Assembly: GCF_018350175.1 (NCBI RefSeq)
Contig: NC_058368.1
Location: 189,288,001-189,352,000, forward strand
Direction: 5' to 3'
From: Felis catus
Lineage: Eukaryota
Length of the DNA: 64,000 nt
A program made the translations under genes and the position numbers. Positions 1 through 13,251 of this stretch are shown here, piece after piece. The stretch's first letter is position 1. Each line of letters starts with the position of its first letter. The notes beneath the pieces were generated by a model. The model was not told the DNA's origin and did no database searches. It saw nothing but the letters and a program-made list of their open reading frames with translations.

Positions 1-444
1 TCCACAAGGGTAAGGCTGGGACTCCAGTAACCAAGTGCATACTAAATGATGCCTACTTCTCTGGCCATGGCTGACCAGAACACAATGTGCAGCTGAAACA
101 TGCTGGGGATTTGGAAAATCTACATTATTAGGAGGTTGGACTCCTACCCGCTCTGCAATGCAATACTTTTTGTGAATCACAGACCTAATTTTTCTCCTTA
201 CTTAGCCTCATTTGCACAAGATAAAGAAAGGTTAACATGGGTGTCTAAGCACTGTGTGGAGTGAGGAGTGCCAGTTCAGGAGACAGGCTTTCAGAGACCC
301 TGGGACAAGAGACTGAAATGTTTTCCCAGGACACCTAGGAATGGCTTTGCTTTTTTCACCCAGCATCAAAACGAGGATGCAGCCTTGCTGATGAGTTTGG
401 TTCAGCAACCAAGAAAGCCCATTCTTTGTAAAGAGTCCCTTACA

Positions 445-632
445 CCAGAAATTCTTATCCTCACTGCCCCTTAGAATCACCTGGATAGCATTTATAAACT
501 GACAAAATCTGAAATCCTATTCCAGAGATTTTGATCAATTAGTCTGGGGGGAATGAGGAGACATTGGAATTTTTTTTTTTTTAAAGCTACCCAAGTGATG
601 CTAATAGGCAGCCAAGGTCAGAAGCCACTTTC
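445..632. mobile_element. MER5-type hAT-Charlie MITE, degenerate
   Basis: Typical MER5 blocks: ttagaatcacctgg...ccagagattttgatcaattagtctgggg...ccaagtgatgctaat...cagccaagg...gaagccact. Confidence 0.65.
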
Positions 633-1129
633 CTAAATTAAAGTACTAGACTGTTAGTTTGAAATATTCCATGATGGTAATATAAGTCTGAATGTTAAAG
701 GGTGGTGGTGGTGGAACCATAACTGAGCACCCATCTTTTTTCTAGAAGGTCCCTGGAGTTCCAGAGAGTGCTGCTGACAGTTACATGCCCTGTAGAGGTC
801 CAAAGGAAAAGTCTCACCAAGATATGCTATCTCTGCCTCTGCTCTGTACAGCTACCTCTTCTCCACTGAACCCTACATCCCAGGCCAAAACTAGAAAACA
901 TTTTTTTTCTAAGAACCCGATAAATCTATCAATAGTGCATTAATCAGCTAGACAGAAATGCTAATGAGTGATTGCTAATTTATGTCCAATGACACAAGAT
1001 ACAGGATGTCAATAATTAGAAGTGTGAACAAGGGGAAGGTGGCTGAAACCACAGTTTTAATTGGAGTACCATGCAGCCAGCACTCTGTTCTAGTCTAAGG
1101 ATTAAGATTCAGCCTGCCACCAGCAAATC

Positions 1130-1225
1130 TATGGTGACCAACTGTCCAAGTTCGTCCTGCTTTTAGCACTAAAGTCCCTTGTCCTAAGAATCCCCTAGTC
1201 CTGGGAAAATACTTGATCTTCACCT
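1130..1225 (-). mobile_element. MER81-like hAT-Blackjack MITE
   Basis: TIR-like tatggtgaccaactgtcc, internal ttttagcactaaagtccc, and cacct end. Confidence 0.55.
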
Positions 1226-1814
1226 CTCTTGTCCAGATTTGCAAGACTGACCATAGAAAGCTCCTATCAAAGTTAGAAATATTTCACTGATGGACATGAC
1301 TGCCCATCTCTGTCAATGTTGAACATGCCATTCATGCTACCTATTCCCAAACCTCTGACAAATGAGGGGTGGAGTCAGGATGGGGATAATAAATCTATTC
1401 TGAAGCTGAACATTTTCCATCCAGAGCCCTGATAATAATAGAGCTCAGAGCTCAGATAACAGAATTTATTCCTAAGCCTACCCAACCTAACTGAAGCCAT
1501 TCAGACCTTCTCCCCAGGTAATTTGGAATTGGGATCTAGAGAGACTCTGTTAATCTCTTCCAGTGACTGAGGGGTAACATGCATGCTGGGGAGCTGTTGG
1601 CAGGCAGGTGCTGCAAAGGCAACTGTTGAAGAGAGGAAGCCAGTCTGCAGTGAGAAAAGGATAAAAAGGCACCCAGGCAGAAGTAGGGAGGAGAGAAAGG
1701 GTAAGAAAGCTGCTTGGGGTTCTGCATGGGTCTCTATTTTTTGCTTTCATGCCCTTTCTGATCCTCATAAAATTCCTGTTCTTTAGCTCCATAAAATCCT
1801 CGTCACCCCCTTGC

Positions 1815-2360
1815 ATTTTTCAGTTGTAAGAATAGAAAAATTCAACCCCAACTGACTTAAGCATGAGAGTTTATTGTTTCATATGAGTGAACAATTCAGA
1901 ATATATCAGCTTCAGGCACTGTTTGATCGAGAACACAAGCAATGAACTGTTTCATTTTCTCCATTGTTCAACTCTAGTTCCCTGGTGGAACTTCTTCTCA
2001 ACTCTCTGGCAGGCTCACTCCTCATACTCATAAGATGTCCTCTAGGATTTCCCAGCACTATTCTCTGCTAGGTTTATTCTCTGTGACAAAACTGAGACCT
2101 TTTTTTTTTTTAAGCAGGATTGCCAGAAAGTCTTGGGCTTCTCCATGGTTAAAACTGGCAACACTTAGCCAACACCTGGAGGTGTTGGGTCTGGAGGAAT
2201 GTGTTGTTCTGGCTGGCAGAACTGAATCACATGGTCAGACTTATGCCAAAGGAAAAGCCAGCTCTACTGAAGTCCATGATTGAAATGGGGAAAAAGTGAT
2301 TTACCAGAAGGCATTGATATATGATTATCATATGTAAGGTGGATAGATGGTAGAATCAAA
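1815..2360 (-). mobile_element. MLT1-family (MaLR) solo LTR, old
   Basis: ttcagttgtaagaatagaaaaattcaaccccaactgacttaagc...cagcttcaggcactgtttgatc is the reverse-orientation MLT1K/L pattern. Confidence 0.6.
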
Positions 2361-3339
2361 AGTAATAAGTGGTGTCCCCTATTTTTATTAAAATTTTTTT
2401 TCTCCTATGCTATATCAAATAGGTTTGTTATAATTAAAAAGAATCCTAACAATTATAATAATACAGCCCACAGAGCATGAGATTCCAGAAATCCTCTCCC
2501 ACCCTACAATATCAAATGGTCCTATCACAGGAGCAGACAGTAGGCCCACAGCCATATTGGTATTTTGTCCAAACTAAGGACAAAGCTACTCAGGTGTAAA
2601 AAGTTGGGTTTTTTTGAACTTCTAAATATGACAAAAATGACAGTATTATGAAAAGACTTTTTCCTCAAAAGTCTTTGTTGTGCAAATAGAAAAACCACAT
2701 GTTTCTCCAGAATCTTGATTAGCCTTTTCTAGTACGAGCTAAAACCTACAAGTCTGAGACTTTTTGAGAAGAGCTACTTCATTAATAACAATAATCACTA
2801 TATAAAGCATTAGCAACACAGAAAAATGAATCTCTTCAATACCATAAACCTCAAAGCTTGTATTTGTTTTGTTTGTATTTGTAAGCAAACTGAATCTATC
2901 TTCCTGGCTCTGTTATCACTGGGTTTTATCTGAAAACGGCCAATGAATACTTACAAATCAATCCATAGAAATAAAGTATCAAAAAGGAGAAGAACTTAGA
3001 CCTTTTGTGCCATCTGTCAATCCTATGTCTCTCGATGTTATGACTCCTCATTCTCTACAGAAATTTGGACTTCAAGCCTCACATCCTGACTCCAAGCAAA
3101 ATTTCCAGAATTGCTTTCCCACTGCACCCTCCATTTTCATCATAAACTCTCCTCTCCAGCATCATGGAATCACTCACTGGTCCCAACACATATTCTGCGG
3201 TTCCCTATTCTGTGCCTTTTTTCACACGCTCTACTTTTTTTTGGAATGTCAAATATTATTTGTTAATAATATCCAACTTCCATGGCCCAACTTAAATGCC
3301 CCTCTGCCATTAAGCCCTTCTGAGGCTACAGTTTGAAAT

Positions 3340-3918
3340 TAATTCATCCCCTACCTAAAAGCCTTCAATGAGTTCCCACTGCATTGAGGAAAGGATTTTG
3401 GATTCTCTGGTTAAACTTATAAGGCTTTAAATGATCTGCCCAGCTGTCTTCCCATCTCATCTCAAGCTATATCCTAGTCACCCTAGATCCTCTTCCTTTT
3501 CCAGGATTTCCCTAGCTTTCTCCAGTCATAGTTCCTTTATACATTCTATTCCCTCAGCTTGGAATGCTCTTCTCTTGTTTTTTTTTCAAAGATGTCTCCT
3601 TCTCAGTAGTTAGGTCCCAGCTGAAAAGTTGCTTCTTCGAGATCCTTCCCTGCCTACCTAGGGCTAATATCTGTCCTACCCTCATACTGCTACTGTCTAC
3701 CACAGAGATATGTTCCTTATCTTCCTACCTTTTATCTGATTGTATAATTATGTATTTACTTGTTTAATTGTTTAATGCTTCTCCCTCCCACAAAACATAA
3801 CTTGCAAGAGGTCAAGGACTTAATTTATCTCACTCATTCAACTCTAGACCTAGAGTTTTAGCATGATGCCTCCATACTGGAGGAGATATTCAATAAATAT
3901 TTACTGAACAAATGAGTG
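3340..3918 (+). mobile_element. L2 LINE 3' fragment
   Basis: aaaagccttcaatgagttcccactgc...attccctcagcttggaatgctct...caataaatatttactgaacaaatgag (L2 3' terminus). Confidence 0.75.
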
Positions 3919-4009
3919 TATCACTCCCTCTTCGATACACTTAGAACACAACGTCTGGAAAATAAAATATGTTCATTAAATGGTGGCTATCATTATTACT
4001 TTATTCACA

Positions 4010-4604
4010 CAGAGAAAGAGACAAGCCACCTCAGACAACCAGGAGCTGACCTAGTACTATCAGCTAGGCCACAGTGTTCTCCAACTGAACATAATTCCAT
4101 AGAGCATCACCCCCAGACAAGACCATTCTGGTGACCATGATGGATAAAGCTAAAAATAAGACCACTCCATAATCACATCTGAATAAAGTCAAAACATGAA
4201 CATTGTCCAACCACCAAAATAACCAAACTTCAGCCCTTCCTGGCTAATAAGTGACTATTGCTTCTTAACCAATACAGCCTTAGCATTGTCTGTCATTTCC
4301 TACTTCTTTATAAGACTTATTTAGACACTTAACCTCTACCTTATCTCTCCTTCTAAAGAAGATTTCTTTAGGTAGCCACTCATAGGATTATCCCTACTTT
4401 CTGACAGCGCCCACCCAGAGCATACTCCTGCTTCCTTAAACCCTCTCCCAACTCACTTACCACAAGCCCAAATCCTACACCCTCTTACTGAGATGCTCCA
4501 TGGTTCCTCATGATGTGTACTCTCTGCCACTATAATGATTCATAAACCCAACTTGTTCAACTACAAGTGTGCTCCTAGCAGTCTTTGGCTACAGGTCATT
4601 GATA
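4010..4604 (+). mobile_element. ERVL-class solo LTR (MER54-like)
   Basis: ~600-bp unit ending ataaacccaacttgttcaactacaagtgtgctcctagcagtctttggct...cattgata; family name from recalled consensus. Confidence 0.5.
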
Positions 4605-4619
4605 ACAGTAATTACGACA

Positions 4620-4845
4620 ATAACAGCCACCACATATTGATCATCTACAAAACACCAGGGCCTCTTCTATGCAATTTACGTGTGTTCGCTTACTCAATCC
4701 TTCAACCAACTTTAGGATGTAGGCATGATTATTAGCATCATAATATTTGAGGAAACTTAGCTTTAGAGAGGTTTAAACACTTTCTGAAGTCAGATGGCTA
4801 ATGAGTGGTGGAGCTGGTATATAAGCCAAAGCAGTCTGATCATTA
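4620..4845 (-). mobile_element. MIR SINE
   Basis: gaggaaacttagctttagagaggtttaa...gctaatgagtggtggagctgg...aagccaaagcagtctga. Confidence 0.7.
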
Positions 4846-5004
4846 CCCACCATCTGTTATTGACCCCTCCTGGGGACCTATCACTGTCCTGGGGACTTAT
4901 CACTTGAACAAAGACAGCACTTCAATTTGATGAAGATTATGAAGTCTCCACAATGTGCAAAGCACAGAGAACTCAGACAGAATGTGAGAGAGTTCCTTCA
5001 GGAG

Positions 5005-5260
5005 GTTTCATTGGCAATGTACTCAACAGTGCTGTGGGGGCTGCAAAAAAAAAAAAAAAATAATAATAATAAATTATAGTCCCTGACCTCAAGGAACTTA
5101 TAAGCTAATTGAGGAGACAAGACTTAAACACACAAAAATTTAAATAACAATACAAGCTGCAATACAAGAGACACATTAAGACAGAAGAATGTATGATTCA
5201 GTGCTAAATGAGGTGTGCAGATGGTACGGAGAGAGAGCTCACCGTGGGCTGCAGTCTCGA
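5005..5260 (-). mobile_element. L2 fragment
   Basis: tagtccctgacctcaaggaacttataagctaattgaggagacaagac. Confidence 0.55.
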
Positions 5261-6199
5261 CCCACATACTCCAACTCAACTCAAAACCACAGACAGGAAA
5301 TCAGCTAGGGAGCTGCTTTGTTAGGAATTGAGAGAGAGAGAGAGAGAGAAGAACAAAGCTTTAATGGAAAAGAAGCTATTGAAATTATATTTGCAGGATA
5401 TATAGCTAAATGATTTAAATGTTTACTTTTTGGTAATTCATGTTTGAGGAATTATAAAGCAGTCCCCAAAAGGGAGGCTTTTGGTTATTTCCAATGGACT
5501 CCATATCAGGAATGCTCAGGAAGAATACAATATAAAGTTCATTCCTATTTAGATGAAGTGAGTCCTGGCCTGACCCTCTCTGGACTCTGTGCTATGGATT
5601 ACACTTGGGTTTGTGCCAATGCACTCTGGTGCAGTAGAAAAATGTTTAATGACAACTCTGCATACAATATGCTGGAAGTGTTCGCAGCCACTGAGAGCCA
5701 CACTAAGACTGTGGTTATTTCTGTAAGGGGATAACCAACTCTTATAATGTCTGACAAGAACTTGTAGAATCTTCTTGCACTTTTAAACCTAGAAGAGATA
5801 GAGATCAAGTGCTTTGTAACAAGTACTTTCGAATGTCTGAGGAAAAGCTTTGATATCAGCTTGGGCAATGATATTAGGCAAATTAGGAGACCTCTCATCT
5901 GAAAGTGGAATTTAATAACAGTATCCAACTCATGGGGTGACTATGGGTTTACACAGCATCATGCTTTCAAAGGACTTAAAGTGTCCACCATATAGAGTAC
6001 ATTATCAGAATGTTTTAGTAATCAATATTACTGTCATTATTCTCCATACTAACACTGTCCTAGGAATCTGGAAAGATACACAAGAAGCATGAAATATTGT
6101 CTTCCTGGATACTCCTAAAGACTCTGAATTGGGGATTTACCCTTCCTGATTTGGGCAAGTCATTCAATTTTTTTTAATTTAGTCATTATCCTATTTTGC

Positions 6200-6636
6200 A
6201 TAGGTTCAGGAGCTCAACTACTTGAGTTTGACTCCTAGCTCACCACTTAGAACTGTGGCAGTTTCCTGAAACAATTTCTGACTCAGTTTATTTAAAAAAG
6301 CAATTACACTGGTGTTCCTAGGTGGCTAATTGATTAAGCATCTGACTCTTGATCTAGGCTCAGGTTATGATCTCACAGTTTGTGAGTTCAAGCCCCGCAT
6401 CAGGCTCTGTGCTGACAAGCATGGAGCCTGCTTGGGATTCTCTCTTCCTCTCTCTCTGCTCCCACTCATGCTCTCTCCCTCTTTCTCAAAATAAATAAAT
6501 AAACTTTAAAAAAAGCAATTAGACTAATAATGGTTCATACATCTTAGGACTGTTGTGGGGAATAAAAGAAATACTGTATACAGAACCTTTAAGACAGTGT
6601 CTGGGACATCACTGGCTCTCAATGAATGCTATTATT
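6200..6636 (+). mobile_element. MIR SINE interrupted by a CAN SINE
   Basis: MIR 5' part (gagtttgactcctagctcaccacttag) and 3' part (taggactgttgtggggaataaaag...acagtgtctgggacat...ctcaatgaatgctatta) flank the SINE. Confidence 0.65.
6311..6508 (+). mobile_element. CAN/SINEC tRNA-derived SINE
   Basis: tRNA-like head, (CT)n region, A-rich tail; TSD aaaaaagcaattacact (6294-6310) / aaaaaagcaattagact (6509-6525). Confidence 0.93.
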
Positions 6637-7196
6637 TATCATCATCATCATCATCATCACTGCCATAATCATCACCATCATTAGGAATATCTCAGACTTT
6701 TCCTCTACCTTAAGAGATTCAAGCTCCATATCCAACATGTCCCTGGCAATTCAGCTTTCTGGGGCTTTATTTTAAAACACGTTGTCCTCTATTGACAAAG
6801 ACAAAGCTTTTGACCCCATTCTAAATTGCTGTGTAGGCATAGTGCACCCTGCCATCCACTCCTATTTTATAACAAATGGTGTGCATTTGCAGGTTTGCTG
6901 CATGAGGTCAGGGGTCTATTCCTTAGGAATGAGAAAGAGAAGAAGGAGAAAAAGGAAGATGGGGAGGAGAAAAGAGGAGGAAAAGGAAGAAGATAGAAGA
7001 GAGCAGGGTTGGGGGGTAGGGAGTGAGGGAGAGAGAAAGATAAAGAAGGAGAAGGGAAAGGTAGGTCAAGCTACTAGTGTCTGTTAGTACTAAAATCATA
7101 GTTGAGTCCTGGCTTGGTGATTTGGGCAAATTATTTAGCCTCACTTTTCACACCCAGAATCAGTGCTAGTGTCTCTTTCCTAAGAATGATGTTACA

Positions 7197-7406
7197 GGGG
7201 CACCTGGGTGGCACAGTCGGTAAGCGTCTGACTTCAGCTTGGATCATGATCTCACAGTTCGTGAGTTCGAGCCCTGCATCGGGCTCTGTGCTGACAGCTC
7301 AGAGCCTGGAGCCTGCTTCGGATTCTGTGTCTCCCTCTCTCTCTGCTCCTCCCTCACTCACGCTCTGTCTCTCAAAAATAAATAAACATTAAAAAATTTA
7401 AATAAA
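7197..7406 (+). mobile_element. SINEC_Fc-type SINE
   Basis: ggggcacctgggtggcacagtcgg head; perfect 15-bp TSD aagaatgatgttaca (7182-7196 / 7407-7421). Confidence 0.96.
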
Positions 7407-7619
7407 AAGAATGATGTTACATTAAAAGAAAGCACTATGCAAATAGTGCTTGTCATATATTATATCCTCAGAAAATTATAAGCATATTATCATTATAGAT
7501 GTTCTCTGTCTCATATACAGAATAACTGACAAAGGACCACAGCAGGATAGCATAACATCAGTGAAAAGATTTCACATTATTTTTTTTATCCTCTTTCTTT
7601 TTCTAAAAATGTAATCTAA

Positions 7620-7833
7620 AGGTGCCTGGGTGATTCAGTCAGTTAAGCAGCTGACTCTTGATTTTGGCTCAGGTCATGATCTTGATTTTGGCTCAGTTCA
7701 TGAGTTTGAGCCTCATAGATCCTGCTTGGGATTCTCTCTTTCTCTCTCTCTGCCCGTCTCCCACTTGCACGCATATACACACACACTCTCTCTCTCTCAA
7801 AAATAAATAAATAAACTTTAAAAAATAAATAAA
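7620..7833 (+). mobile_element. Older CAN SINE with internal 24-bp duplication
   Basis: ggtgcctgggtgattcagtcagttaagc head, CT-rich body, aaataaataaact tail. Confidence 0.88.
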
Positions 7834-8034
7834 GGGGCGCCTGTGTGGCTCAGTCGGTTAAGCATCTGACTTCAGCTCAGGTCATGGTCTCACGGTTCGT
7901 GGGTTTGAGCCCCGCATTGGGCTCTGTGCTGGCAGCTCAGAGCCTGGAGCCTGTTTCAGATTCTGTGTCTCCCTCTCTCTCTGCCACTCCCTCTCTCGCG
8001 CTCTGTCTCCCTCTGTCTCAAAAATAAATAAGCA

Positions 8035-8077
<43 letters not shown>

Positions 8078-8080
8078 ATA
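7834..8080 (+). mobile_element. SINEC_Fc-type SINE with (TAAA)n tail
   Basis: ggggcgcctgtgtggctcagtcggttaagc...gagcctggagcctgtttcagattctgtgtctccc, then a (TAAA)n tail. Confidence 0.95.
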
Positions 8081-8477
8081 TGTATCTTAAGTTCAGACTG
8101 CAGAGGAGAGCACAACTATATTCTGCCTGGAGTTTGAATGTGAAGACCACACAAGTACAGGGGGAAAGTCTTTGGACAGAGTTGAGAGACTTGGATTTTA
8201 CTACTGGTACCAGTTGCATTCACCTCTGGGTCTGAGTCAGTTCCACAACTGTGAAATGGCTGTTGGAGATTAAGACTGGACTACATCATAGTTCTTTCCA
8301 GCTATAATCCTCTGAGATTCTAATCTAGAGGTAGTTAAATTAGTACCTCTCAAAGAGTAGCTTATGTGGATTAGAATTACTGGGTTTCTAATGAAAAAAA
8401 ACGTATATTATGGGATTTCTATCTAGGCTTATAGAAATCAAAATCCTGGGGGTAGAAGCATAAAGTTAAGACCAGGA

Positions 8478-8478
<1 letters not shown>

Positions 8479-8518
<40 letters not shown>
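8479..8518. repeat. (TG)20 microsatellite
   Basis: Read directly from the sequence. Confidence 0.97.
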
Positions 8519-8522
<4 letters not shown>

Positions 8523-8994
8523 CTTCTTGGAGATCCACTATCCTGTACTGCAGAAGAGTCAGACCTCAGAGTGTTAATGGAAATAAGAGAAGGGAAATGG
8601 TAAATGAGAAAGAAGCCCATGCCTGCTCAGGTAGATCGCTGTGAATTGAGCAACATGTAGAACATGCTGGGCACTTAACCCATTAAGATTACTGAAGATG
8701 CCAAGAAGAAATATTTATAGGTAGTTTTTAACATAGTCTATAAAAAAGGAGGCTGATTCAAACATAAATTACCTACCACATCATTCTTTAACCTCTAAAT
8801 CTTTCTCTAATGGCTTGAAAGGCAGCTTATTAAAGCAAAGTGAGTGTTTAAGTACTATATATAAACTGGTTAGTTTATAAACATCTACAGAGGTGGATGA
8901 AGTTACTAAAAGTGACAGATTTGCTAATAACAAAAAAGGAAAAAAAAATTAAGGAAATTTCAGCCTGGGGGAAAAAAGCTTAACATCATGGGGT

Positions 8995-9415
8995 GTGATT
9001 TTTCTCTCCTCCTCTTAGCTCTGCCTTCTGGGTTGGCTCTACTCTCTGAATGAATCTTCCCATGTGGTAACAAGAAGGTAACCTGAAGCTCCAAGGTACA
9101 TCACAATCTACTATTAACCCTAAAGGGGAAACCAAATGCCTCTATATAGGCCCTTTGAGCAACTTGGGTAAAGCCCTCATTGGACTAGCTTGAGTCACAT
9201 GACTTCTCCAGAGCCAATAACTGTGGTCTAAAGATTGAGGTATGCTGATTGGCTGCGTATGTCATATGCCCATTTCTGGTTCTGGGCAGCAGGGTTCACC
9301 ACATTCAAAACACACAAATTGAGAATGAACAGCATTGGTTTCCCCAAGCAAAATTAGGATGATGCTACAGGAAAACAAATAAACAAACGTGTGCTGGTTA
9401 GGCAAAACAACAGAT
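8995..9415 (-). mobile_element. MLT1-family LTR, old
   Basis: ctcattggactagcttgagtcacatgac...ccaataactgtgg...ctgattggct. Confidence 0.55.
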
Positions 9416-10649
9416 ATCTCTTGCAAAGCTCAAAGTGGACACTATCTTTTACAGGGTGAATACACATATTTAAAACCATGTGGTGAATTATGCTTCACCC
9501 AGTATATATGTGTTCTGTATATGTGCATGTTTTCTTTTGTTATATGTAGGATTCTGTATACACTTATCACACACAGAGTGTCTTCATGGGAATTGAAAAT
9601 GAGATGACAAATAGTGGTGGAAAAAGTGAACAAAGTTCTGATCATTGTTTAATTTATTAAAAGAACAGCTCCACCTAAGATTCTTCCTGCCTGTTGCCAA
9701 CAGTGACAAAGTTGTTGGAGATACTGCAAATATGCTTCTGAGAACCTTCTGCAGCTGTTCCAGAAATGGGACTGAAAGCTCAAAGAATGTAATCATCAGG
9801 AAAACATTTTCTGTGTCTCTTTAGAATTCCTCTAAGAGAAATCTTTGGGTTTTCTCACCTCTGAAATCTTATTACCCAACATACTGGTTAATACATCCTG
9901 GGTACTCAATGAATATTTATTGAATGAGTATTTATATTAACAAATCAATGACTGATTTCACTTTTAGAACTAGATGCTAGTCAGAAACAGATTTTCTAAA
10001 TTACTTAATTTGTGGAACTATTTTGTGCAACAGAATGGTCATTTAAAAAACATATATATTTTTTGAAAGTTGCATTAGGTTTTGCTCCTCTTCATCATTT
10101 ACAAAGGAATAAGCCAAATTTTGGTATTTAACAAAATAAATTGACCAGGAAATGGTAGAATATTTTTATTCATAAACTGAGTTTTATATGATTTCCAGAT
10201 GCTAAAAAGTCTGGCACTATTCAACATTGCCTACAATGTAGGAGAGCAAAGATAATGAAAAGCAAAACTAGAGGGTAAGCATACTCTGACTTTAATTTAG
10301 CTATTCATTATATAAGAAATTGGTTTAAAATTTGCCCAGCAATTAAAATTTCTCAAGCCAGATATACAGAAACATAACACTGAATTGAGAGAATTTCAGA
10401 AAAATGTCAAGTTTTCAGATATATCAAGAGTTTTATCTTATTCCTTAGATTTCTAGAAGAAGGAAATTGAACCAAATAAGATATCAAGCACCATCTCTAA
10501 CCAGAGCATCTCCAATTACATAAAAGTTTGAAAGAGAGAGTCATGAAATATGCAAACTTTTCTTAAAATCATTAATACGTGTTTTTGTCTTGAAAGGGAA
10601 TCCTGGGCCATGAGCTACTTAAGCTATGAAATCAAACTAAGAATGACAG

Positions 10650-11222
10650 GTATTCCAGTTACTTATTGCTACTTAACAAACTAACTCAAAACTGAAGGGC
10701 ATAAATCAAGCAAAATTTTATCATGCTCACAAATACTGTGTTAAGAATTCAAACAAAGCACAGTGGGGATGTCTTATCTCTGCCTAATGGTGTCTGGAGT
10801 CTCAACTGAGATCATTCAAATAGCTGGGGATGACTAGAACAACTGAGGACTAGAATTACCTGGAAACTTCATCATTCAGGTCTAGGCTGGCATAACTTGA
10901 AGGCTGATCTCAGCCAGGACTATTGACCAGAGACCATACACTTGGCCTCTCCCTGTGCATTGGGCTTTCTCATAGCATGGTGGCATCAAGGTAGTCAAAC
11001 TTCTTACATGGAAGATCAGAGTTCTAAGAATAAGTGTTCCAGTGAACACCGTGGAGTCTCCATGACTTTTTATTGCTCATTCTCAGAAATCACATCACAT
11101 TACTTCTGTTGTACTCTGTTGATCAAGTCATAAGCCCACCCAGATCCAAAAGTTAACATAGAATCACTTCTTGAAGGGAAGAGTGTTAAAGAATTTACAG
11201 CTATGCTTTGAAACTTCCACAA
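10650..11222 (-). mobile_element. MLT1 (F/G/H-like) LTR
   Basis: gtattccagttacttattgctacttaacaaactaactcaaaact...gggctttctcatagcatggtggc...catcacattacttctgttgtactctgttgatc...aaacttccaca. Confidence 0.75.
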
Positions 11223-11539
11223 CACAGAATTAAGAATGGGTTAAGTTTTCAGAAGAAGCTCCAGGATGTCATTTTGCTTCATAAATGGTTGCTGAATACT
11301 TTTTCTGTGCTAAGTGTTGTTGGAAGACATAAAATGAATCCAACATATTCTCTGTCCTACCTTCATGAAACTTACAGGTTAAGAAATAAGAAGGTAATAT
11401 AGACATTATTCATTTTAATAACCTTCTCTGACTCCTGAGACCAATGAATATCTTTCTTCTCCCTAAACAGTTGAGAGCCAGCTCTTCAAAAGCTGACAGT
11501 TACTATGTGATGGGGATTGGCATGGGTTACGTTATATAA

Positions 11540-11720
11540 TACTCATAAAAAAGTTTTATGATATATACTATTATTTACCCCCCTTTTAAAATTTCAACTG
11601 AATTTCTGAGAGGCTAAGTGTTTTATCCAAGGTCACACAGTCAGTAACACGCAGAACCCAGAAGCAAACCCTATTCTGTTGACCCAGTATTTGATCTTTA
11701 CAGTAACCTTTCCACTATCC
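11540..11720 (-). mobile_element. MIR SINE
   Basis: ctgagaggctaagtgttttatccaaggtcacacagtcagtaa. Confidence 0.65.
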
Positions 11721-11929
11721 TGGTCTTCACTAGATCCAGATGGTTAACTGTGGTCTTCACCAGACAACATCTTTCAGATCACCACATAATATTTCCATAG
11801 AGTTTCAACTCAAGATTTTTGGGGAGAGCATGTTTTGACTAGCCACAGATATAAGATGAAAGTAGGAAATACTAGAAGCCCCCTCTAGACTTCTAGTATA
11901 CATTTATCTCATATATTTATCTCACCCTC

Positions 11930-12470
11930 AGTTTCAACTAGAAAGCTTTCTATCTCAAGCAACAGAAACTTCGACTCAGATGGACACAAAAATTAGTCAG
12001 AAATCGAGCCCTTTCAAGCAGGCTTCGGGGAGTCTGGATTAAGTGTTATCATCAAAGATCCTTGCTCTTTATGTCTTATCCTTGGTGTTAATTTAATGTT
12101 CAGGTTAGAAGTAAGATGGCATTTCCAGGCATTACTCAAGACCCAACATCTAGAAAAAGAAGAGAAACTATTTCTTCATGCCTCTCTTTCCTATGAGGCA
12201 GGAAACTTTTACCACAAGCCCCTCTGTGGTCTTTTCCTCTTGTCTCATTGGGCAGGATTGGGTCATGTGCCTTTCTTGGAACCAATCACAGACAAGGGAA
12301 AATCGATTAATAAAAAACCAATTAGGCCCATCCCAAGAGCTGGAGATGGAGTCACCTTTTAAAGGCGCAAGGCTTCATGTGAAGATGTTGATACCTAAAC
12401 AAAATCAGGGTTTCCCTAAGAAGGAGGAAGTGGAAATGGATGGTGAGTGGACAACAAGTGTCTGCTACAC
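11930..12470 (-). mobile_element. MLT1-family LTR, old
   Basis: ctcttgtctcattgggcaggattgggtcatgtgcctttcttggaaccaatcac...gtctgctaca. Confidence 0.65.
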
Positions 12471-12704
12471 CCTTCTCTGGTCTGCTTCAGTGATTCCAAC
12501 CCATGTTAACCAGTACTGTTCACTTTCTTCTCTATTTATTTCATGTAATGGTAACTTCTTCATTCTCTCAATAAACTCCAAAGGATGTGAATTTCTGAGA
12601 TGGTAAAGCTCATTTCAGACCATGAAGTGACTTGCTAATCACTGAGATAAAAGGCTGGGTTTTGGAAAAGGTAAATATTGTTTGTTGAGGACATAAGCCA
12701 CTGC

Positions 12705-13022
12705 AAATATTTCTTAAAGTATATCCCATAGTATGTAAATCTAAAAGTGTGTGTGTATGTACTTGTGTAGAGAAGAATGTAGATGGAGGTGGGAGAGAGG
12801 GTTTTGTGGTTTTAAAAAAGTCTGAAAATGATGTAGTTTTTCCCTATTTGAAATAGTCACAGTGTGAATTAACATATTAAAAACCCTGAGAAATCCTTCA
12901 GTAGAGCAAACTAGTCATTAACCTAGTGTTCCCTATCTCTTTTTAGATTGGAACACTTCTGAACATTTCTATTAAAATCCTGCAGAACACATATGCTATG
13001 ATCACACTTTGAGATGCTAATA
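12705..13022. mobile_element. hAT-Charlie remnant (MER103-like)
   Basis: aacatattaaaaaccctgagaaatccttcagtagag...taacctagtgttccc...cacactttgagatgct. Confidence 0.45.
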
Positions 13023-13212
13023 ATACCTTCTTTTGACTTACAACATAAGAATTCAATATTCTTACATTAATACCAGGTATGAAGACATCAAGAATATTAC
13101 AGCTTTAAAATCTTAACACCAAATTATTTTTTCTTGGAATTCATTTCAATTCAAACAAACCATGTCTAAATATGTAACTATGATGTACATATACACATAC
13201 ATAATTCATATC

Positions 13213-13246
<34 letters not shown>

Positions 13247-13251
13247 ATCTA
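13213..13251. repeat. (TCTA)n tetranucleotide repeat
   Basis: Read directly from the sequence. Confidence 0.95.

Noticed and set aside
5444..5928. Overlapping 96-aa and 109-aa ORFs in apparently unique sequence, with a vague resemblance to integrase or RTE-type remnants
   Set aside because: No motif I can identify with confidence, and the right end runs into a MIR. A Dfam or tblastx search would be needed.
9584..9796. Minus-strand ORF LEQLQKVLRSIFAVSPTTLSLLATG, which looks protein-like
   Set aside because: No recognisable family and no convincing splice-site pair.
12096..12606. 142-aa and 88-aa ORFs
   Set aside because: They lie mostly within an MLT1 LTR and are chance ORFs.
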